Of a DNA stretch of 64,000 nucleotides, positions 58,074-64,000 are shown piece by piece. The stretch is from the NCBI GenBank assembly GCA_002269645.1, contig NIVC01001252.1, positions 1 to 64,000 on the forward strand, read 5' to 3'. The notes below the pieces were generated by a model that did no database searches, was not told the DNA's origin, and was given only the letters and a program-made list of their open reading frames with translations. This DNA is from Macrostomum lignano. Its lineage: Eukaryota. The position numbers and the translations under genes were made by a program. Positions within the stretch are counted from its first letter, which is position 1, and every line of letters starts with the position of its first letter.

Positions 58074-59189
58074 ATCTGCCTGTAAACTGGAAAGTCAATT
58101 TCAGGCGGCACTTAGTACGGAATCAGTGAATATTTTCAAGGATTAGCTATAGCTTGTAAAATTTCTTGGAAAATTTTAGGAAGCTGGTTTTACCGAAAAT
58201 ACACATTTTCAGCACAAATTTTGTAATTGCTTTTGACAGAAGGCAGACCCGATGTTTTGATATGACTTGCTTTTTTTATAGCTCTATTGATATTGATTGG
58301 CCTTTTCGTTTATAGAATTAGGATTCCTGTGTACCTGCTTCGATAATTCGAGCTAGTTATACTCGGTGTTACAGTTTCTAGCAAGTAAATCACAATGGTA
58401 GAAGGCAGGAGTAAGTGACGGATTCCGATTTAATATACGAGAACGACGCTGGACGTGAGGGATTAGAGGGATTAGTTTGTTAAATTGGTTGTTCACGGGG
58501 GTTGAACCACGGCCGCTAATCAAGGTCGACTGCAGTCAGTCAGTAAAGAAACAGACAGAACGCCAGAGGAAGGCGTGTACGGTAGCCCTGAATTTCTCAC
58601 ATTGCCAAGCATGTACCGCGCACACTCTGTCTCTTGGGGGTGGGCCCTGATGCATGAGAATCAGATAGGCAAAAGAGTCAGGTAGGTTTCCTTTGAGCTA
58701 CTCAGACTGAGAATGACAATGACAATCCCAGGATAAGTAGCTAGGGATATATGCAATTTTTTATAAACACAAACCTTTAGCAACAGAGACAGTAACGTCG
58801 AATTTAAGCCGAATCAAGCTGAGACCAGGTAAGCTGTTGCAGCTAGCAGTTTTGCTCCGAAATGGCTGGAAAAGCTTTTTAATGCGGCCTTTTTGCCTCT
58901 CTCTGCCTTGCTGGCGGAACTGACAGCAGAGGCCTCACCCAGTATTTCTGGGGAATATTTTAATTGCTTTCCTCCCTTACTCAGCTTTTATTACCTGCCG
59001 CTAAACTGCAACCGGAAGAAGAGAAGAAGAGGATTCGGAAGTATAGTGGCAGGCAATAAAACCACGAGTATGCTGGGCCATACAAATATCCATGACGTGT
59101 CAACTGCATAACTCAGGCATGCTGAGTTGTGGTTTCTTGCAGTTTTTTTCTAGTCCGAGTCCGAGTATCTAATTTTTCATAATGTTTCA

Positions 59190-59693
59190 ATCATTTTTCG
59201 TTATAGCTGCCACACTGCTAAGTCAGAAAATAAAGAACGAGTAGCGAGGTAATCTCAAGTTTTTAGTGAAGCTCGGCGAAAGCCATCGGAATGCCTCCAG
59301 CTGCTTTGTGAGGTCGATGGAGATGAAGTGCAAAGTGCTTGAGAGGCTGATGTTGAAGATTCGGCGGGTTCGATGCGAACAATTGGAGAATAATGATGCC
59401 TGGTTGCTGCATCACGACAATGCAACAACGTATACAGGGCGCTTCCAGTTTTTGAAGTTTTTTAGGTTTCTTAAATAGATTTGGAGTCCATCAAGGACAG
59501 AGTGACAAGGCTGCTAAGAGGCATCACGAAGGAGGAGTTCCAGGGGTTGCATCAGGAGCTGGTACCAGCGATGGAAGCTATGCTTTGAAAACGGCGGCAA
59601 TTACTTCGAAGGCTGTAGTTGACTGAATTTGTAATGTATCGTGTCTAATTTTTTTATTGCGAAATTCGTCTCGTCTTGTTTTGGTCACACCTA
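59190..59693 (+). mobile_element. Internally deleted, 5'-truncated mariner remnant
   Basis: Translations NLKFLVKLGES, WLLHHDNA, WYQRWKLCFENGGNYFEG; 3' TIR-like ttttggtcacacc followed by TA. Confidence 0.85.
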
Positions 59694-60397
59694 ATTCAAC
59701 TGTGTAGGGGAGCGCAACCCAGGGTTATGAACTGCCAACTGAAATGACCCTACATTGATTGTAAACTCTTTGTTTTAAGACTTTTACAATCCGCTGACTC
59801 GAATGCCATTTTCCTGACCCCTGATGACGCATGCAAACGGATAAGTAGCGATATACAGGCCATAAACTCACACATGCATGCACGCACCCTGACTCTCGTA
59901 CCAACCACTGAATAGCATACCACTGGCAGAATAGTGCCATCAATAGTAGTATCTATCGTTTAATAACTATTGGTTGACAATAAATTTCCGAATCCATAGA
60001 TTATTTTAGGAACAGCGGAAACCGTTAACTAGGGGGGATGACCGACGGGGGCCGCATTATTTGGCCTCTCGCCACGGCCACAGAGCAAAGTTTATCGCGA
60101 CAGTGAGTTCAGCAGCTCAGGAGTAATTAGTGAGCCGTAGGCCGGATAAGCCTGCCTGTCATTAGTCAGCTGAAACCAGAAATCATTTTTCACTTCGATG
60201 CATCCTGACCCATCCTGATCCCCTCACTCACTCTCCGATCCCGGAGTATTTAATGATCCGCAAATGACCGCTAACGGTTTCCCTTGGCGCCAGTGTTCGC
60301 ACAGTTTTTTTTTTGGTAATTTCATCGACAGATTCAGTCCCCGCTCTAAGGCTGGTGCAGTCACAGCTAGCAAAAGGTGACGTTTCAAAGTCAAATC

Positions 60398-61367
60398 ATG
60401 GCTACTTTCTGTCTGCACTGCCACTTGTACAGCCCGAACGGCACCCTGCTTGAGACCATCAAGACGGTCTCCGCTCCGGTCTCAGCCGATGCTACGGTCG
60501 CCACGAAAATGACAGCCGGCATGATCAGCCGACTTTCCCTGACTCTGACGGACGCGTATTTCTACAGCCTGCTACCGATGCTCAGCGCCACTTTCGTCTG
60601 GTCGATCTGGCAGCTGAGCAGCCTGCTGCTGCTTCCAGGTCGATATCTGGCCGGCTGTAGGATTCCTCTGCTCGCGCTGAGCATCTACAATGTCACGACG
60701 GCGCTGTCTGCCGGAGTTCTGCACGCAGCTGCCTACGTAGAGGGTGGCGCGGGCGCCGGCTGCAGTCGCTTGCCGACCTCCGCCGCGCTGCACGACTGGG
60801 CAGCATGCGGCTACGCCTGGACTCTGCTGCTGTCTCTGCTTTTGGAGCCCTGGCGTCTTGGTGTCCACCGTCCAGCCGTTCTGATCATCGCTACCATCTC
60901 CGTCGGTTGCGCCGCGCTGGCCCTGACTCTGCCGCTGAGCTGGACAACAACTTTGGTGACAACTTCTTCATCGGGAGCAGCCGGCTCGCCTGTTGTCACG
61001 ATTGTCCAGCTGCCGTCATCGTCGGGCTATCGGATTGTCCGCGTCGCCGTTGGATTCGTTGATGCTGCTGCTGCTGCTGTGCCGACGCTCTGCAGAGTTC
61101 GACGATTCTCACCACGAGAAGGTGGCCGCTCAGCTGTTCGGCCTGCTTGCGATGAACTTCCTGACTCTGGCTGGACCGCTGATCTGCCTGAGGTGCTGCG
61201 CGGATCTGGTGCTGGCGGACCGGCGGCGACAGTTGGACACTCGGTGGCAGTTGACGGCTCTGGAGCGGCTTTTCGGCCTGCACTACTATGCTCACTGGCC
61301 GGTGTCGCAGCTGCTGATGGCACTGCTAACTGGTAGAAGGCAGCGATCTGATGAACTTGACAATTAG
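60398..61367 (+). pseudogene. Intronless rhodopsin-like 7TM receptor ORF with a single frameshift (pseudogene or assembly indel)
   Basis: Frame 1 (ATG 60398) gives an N-glycosylation site NGT and TM1-4 plus start of TM5; frame +1 from about 61055 gives LMLLLLLCRR, TM6 and TM7; joined length about 320 aa. Confidence 0.6.
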
Positions 61368-61442
61368 TCAGGCAGCATACCAAATTATCATAGTTGTGAA
61401 GTAAAGTTTTCAAATAGCGGCAGTTGCAAATAGCATGTCAAT

Positions 61443-61749
61443 CAGGGGTCGGCAAACGCGTCCTATGATCAAAACGTCACAAAGCAATCTGGCTCGCTGA
61501 AGGCTTGTCTCTTCTCAGCTCTCTTTTCCTTAATATCCTCTCTCCTCTCCTCTCCTCTCCTCTATCTCTACTTTTTCCTTCTCTCTTCTTTCTCTCCTCA
61601 CCCTCTCTCATTTCCTCTCCCAATTCTTCTATCTCCGATCTCTCTCATCTCTTCTCTATTCTCTCTTCTCTCCCCCTCCTCTGACCTGCAGACATGCACT
61701 ATAGGTTCTCTATCTGGCCATTGAGAAAAAAACATATTTGCGACCCCTG
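61443..61749 (+). mobile_element. hAT-type MITE with CT-rich core (same family as 54828)
   Basis: caggggtcggcaaac ... tttgcgacccctg termini; ctctgacctgcagacatg homologous to ctctggcccgcagccatg. Confidence 0.75.
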
Positions 61750-62039
61750 ATTTAAACAGATGCTTGCATTTGAGAAAAGCGTTCCACTTGTTGGCTCGTA
61801 CTTGTTTTCTTTTATGCATCTTACGTAATTCATCGAAGAAAAAAGTTCTTTAAAACATACAGCACGTTGGAGTACTGGATTAGAAATTCCAGCGGATGTC
61901 CAGCGGAGCGGTATCGCATTTTTTTGACTCACTTCGAGCGTATTTAACTTCCTAATTTGTTTGGTCTTCACACATGTTTATGCAATTCGTTCTTATTTGT
62001 GCCCTCTCGTTGGGCAAATCGACAGTTAAGGCGCAGAGT

Positions 62040-62285
62040 GAACACCGAATGAAACTCAGAAAGTCAGGCCAGGTGCACATCCTCTCACAGGAGTGTACAG
62101 CGACCCTAACTTTATTCATCGTTAGGACTGTGTCTTGGGGGTCGGCCCTCAAGGGCGTTGATTGCACGAGCAGAGCCAAGCCGAGATTCAAATTTAGCCC
62201 CAAATTAATGTGACTGCACTTGGAATCGAGCCTGGGTTGCTGGCACATCAGAGAGCCGCGCTGGGCCACTGGGCTACAGACTCCT
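62040..62285 (-). mobile_element. tRNA-headed SINE (second family)
   Basis: Minus strand TAGCCCAGTGG A-box and GGCTCGATTCC B-box, followed by gagggccgacccccaag...gctgtaca domain. Confidence 0.65.
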
Positions 62286-62617
62286 TACAAACAACTGTGA
62301 TATTTAAATCTCCAAAAGTCCGTTTTCAACATTACTCGGTAAAATTGATAGACTTCAGACACAACCTCAGATCGAACAGAACTTGTAAAACTGGTCCTTT
62401 TCTGATCCTGAAATTCGGAACATAAGAAATTAAACAACTCAGCAGTAATAAAAGTGCAAATTTCCAATCTAACTGAGAGATTCCGCAGCATTTATAAGAG
62501 CTACGAGTATATTGCTTCGCTTAAGCAGGGTTTTATCGCCGTACATGAGTCATTGTGCTGGAAACCAGATACCAGAAGTTCAGAGTCAACTCAGTTGCTC
62601 AACTCAGGCGGCTAAAG

Positions 62618-62833
62618 CTAAATGGAGGTCCTCGGCGAGCCAAACCAGCGCCTGATGATGAAGGTTGACAAGCCGCTGCAGCAGAGCATCGCGATTGAGC
62701 CCAGTGCGCCGCGAGCGTTCACCCATTTGCGAATATTTAAAAGGCGATAAACATCTTGAGCAATGTTCGAGTAGGAACTTTCAATGTCCGAAATTACTTC
62801 AGCAAGACGTGCATTGATGCGGGAAGCAGCTTC
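62618..62833 (-). CDS. Terminal exon of a second p24/TMED paralog (upstream exons not found in window)
   Basis: tttcag|EAASRINARL...LLNIRKWV...FIIRRWFGSPRTSI-TAG; same 216-nt length and phase 0 as 56439-56654. Confidence 0.78.
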   Translation of the reverse strand, partial: EAASRINARLAEVISDIESSYSNIAQDVYRLLNIRKWVNARGALGSIAMLCCSGLSTFIIRRWFGSPRTSI

Positions 62834-62949
62834 CTGAAATTGGAATAGCGAACTCAGTAAAGGACAATTGAAGTAAGAAAGGCGGACCAATTATATGGCA
62901 TGAGTTTTCCCAACAGTACTTAGCTATAAACGCGACTAACTCTCGCGCC

Positions 62950-63190
62950 ATCGCGCAAGGCGTTGCCGTACGATTCACACCCACGCAGAGGGCCAACCCC
63001 CAAGGCACACAGAGTGTACATGCTGACGATTAGAGAGTCAGGGATGCTGTACAACCTGTGTAAGCGTGTGTACAAGAGCATGCCTACGTGGAGTATGTGC
63101 TCAAGAGTCAGCGGGAATGGGAAGAATTGCCTCAACGCTGGTTGTGGGACGATGTCGCCGAAGACGTTGCGCCAGGGTGCCCACAACTGT
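62950..63190 (+). mobile_element. SINE-like copy (second family)
   Basis: cgattcacaccc...gagggccaacccccaagg...gtcagggatgctgtacaacctg shared with the 32735 and 62040 copies. Confidence 0.6.
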
Positions 63191-63289
63191 CTTGCGAATT
63201 TTAATTTTTTACTGCTTGTATTTCAAAACAGGGATGAGATAAAGAGTATGAATGAGTCTTAGGCATTTTTTGCAGCCCATGTGGGTTTA

Positions 63290-63990
63290 CGCGCATTTAA
63301 TTTAATTCGAGATACGTTTGCCAATGTAACGGAGCTTTTGTCTATGGTAGCAAGGCTGTCACAGCGGCATTTACGAGCGTAATTTAGTCCAACAAGCATC
63401 AATTTGGTCCATAGCTTCATTTGCAACTGTTGCGGAGGATCAAGATCAGTCCCAGAATGGTGGACCATATGCTGGGTTGTCGAACGCATGCCACTGGCTT
63501 GTGGTTGAAGCACTCGACAGAGGTGAACACCCAAATAAAGTTGCAAGGTTTGTTGAATATACTCGTATAGAAGAAAAGATGGTTTACAGCATCCATCAGC
63601 GCGTTGAAACCACTGCCGGCGTAGGTCGCCTGTGAAAAAGTGGCAATCGCCAAGGCAAGTTGCTAGAGCCTCAGGTCCAACTGCTACTCGATGCGATTGA
63701 GACGAAGTCTTTGTTGACGTTGCAGAAAATGCAGCCAGTTGACGGAACAGTTACAGTTGGTTATCTGATTTCGATTACCAGCAGAGCTCTGGAAAAGCGA
63801 CTGAAAACTGTTGGTACAGATACTGACAGTCCATTCGCAACAACCCACAGGCGGTTGCAAATGGCTCACATGCGTTTTGGACCAAATTGATGCTTGTTGA
63901 ACTAAATTAAATGCCGCTGTGCCAGCCTTGCTACCATAGACAAAAGCTCCGTTACACTGGCAAACGTATCTTGGATTAAATTAATGCGAG
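63290..63990 (+). mobile_element. Deleted IS630-Tc1-mariner element with about 120-bp inverted repeats and HTH transposase remnant
   Basis: 63292-63411 is the reverse complement of 63879-63988; interior reads LSNACHWLVVEALDRGEHPNKVAR...VYSIHQRVETTAGVGRL*KSGNRQGKLLEPQVQLLLDAIE, resembling a paired-like HTH. Confidence 0.7.
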
Positions 63991-64000
63991 GAAGCCCAAA

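Noticed and set aside
58367-58624. Possible solo LTR (TGTTACA start)
   Set aside because: TSD imperfect (CTCGG versus CTCTG) and the 3' part overlaps a SINE-like copy
56439-62833. Bak/Bcl-2-like appearance (NWGIRK, IRKWVNARG, TM followed by IIRRWF)
   Set aside because: Splicing the upstream exons gives a signal peptide, GOLD cysteine motifs and a coiled coil typical of p24/TMED, not BH domains
62920-63186. ORF as the penultimate exon of the second TMED gene (SMYTLC resembles DVYQLC)
   Set aside because: The nucleotide sequence is homologous to dispersed repeat copies at 32735, 58570 and 62040, so it is a SINE-like insertion; exonisation is not excluded

Overview
Eukaryotic (metazoan) genomic DNA that is extremely rich in micro- and minisatellites. 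The repeat-laden, intron-rich style suggests a free-living flatworm such as Macrostomum; this is an inference, not verified. Genes recovered by manual splicing: a complete 20-exon RasGRF gene (16050-36699, minus; PH-CC-IQ-DH-PH-REM-CDC25, about 1554 aa); an intronless MIEN1/SelW-like (Rdx fold) ORF lacking the CxxC/U motif (45661-46017, minus); a 7-exon harmonin-homology + Pro-rich + PDZ (whirlin C-terminal-like) gene (48806-55697, minus); tRNA-Val(CAC); a 4-exon divergent p24/TMED GOLD gene (56439-58073, minus) plus the last exon of a paralog (62618-62833); and an intronless 7TM receptor-like ORF with a frameshift (60398-61367, plus). Mobile DNA includes a MITE with an 8-bp TSD, a CAGGGGTCGGCAAAC-type hAT MITE family, tRNA-derived SINEs, a solo LTR with a 5-bp TSD, mariner and Tc1-like remnants, and a foldback-like element. 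Two signals stand out. RasGRF intron 1 is bracketed by two reverse-complementary 14-bp minisatellite arrays next to the donor and acceptor. About 15 of 19 RasGRF introns carry their own tandem repeat, several built from splice-site-like units. All ORFs made of simple repeats are treated as non-coding.
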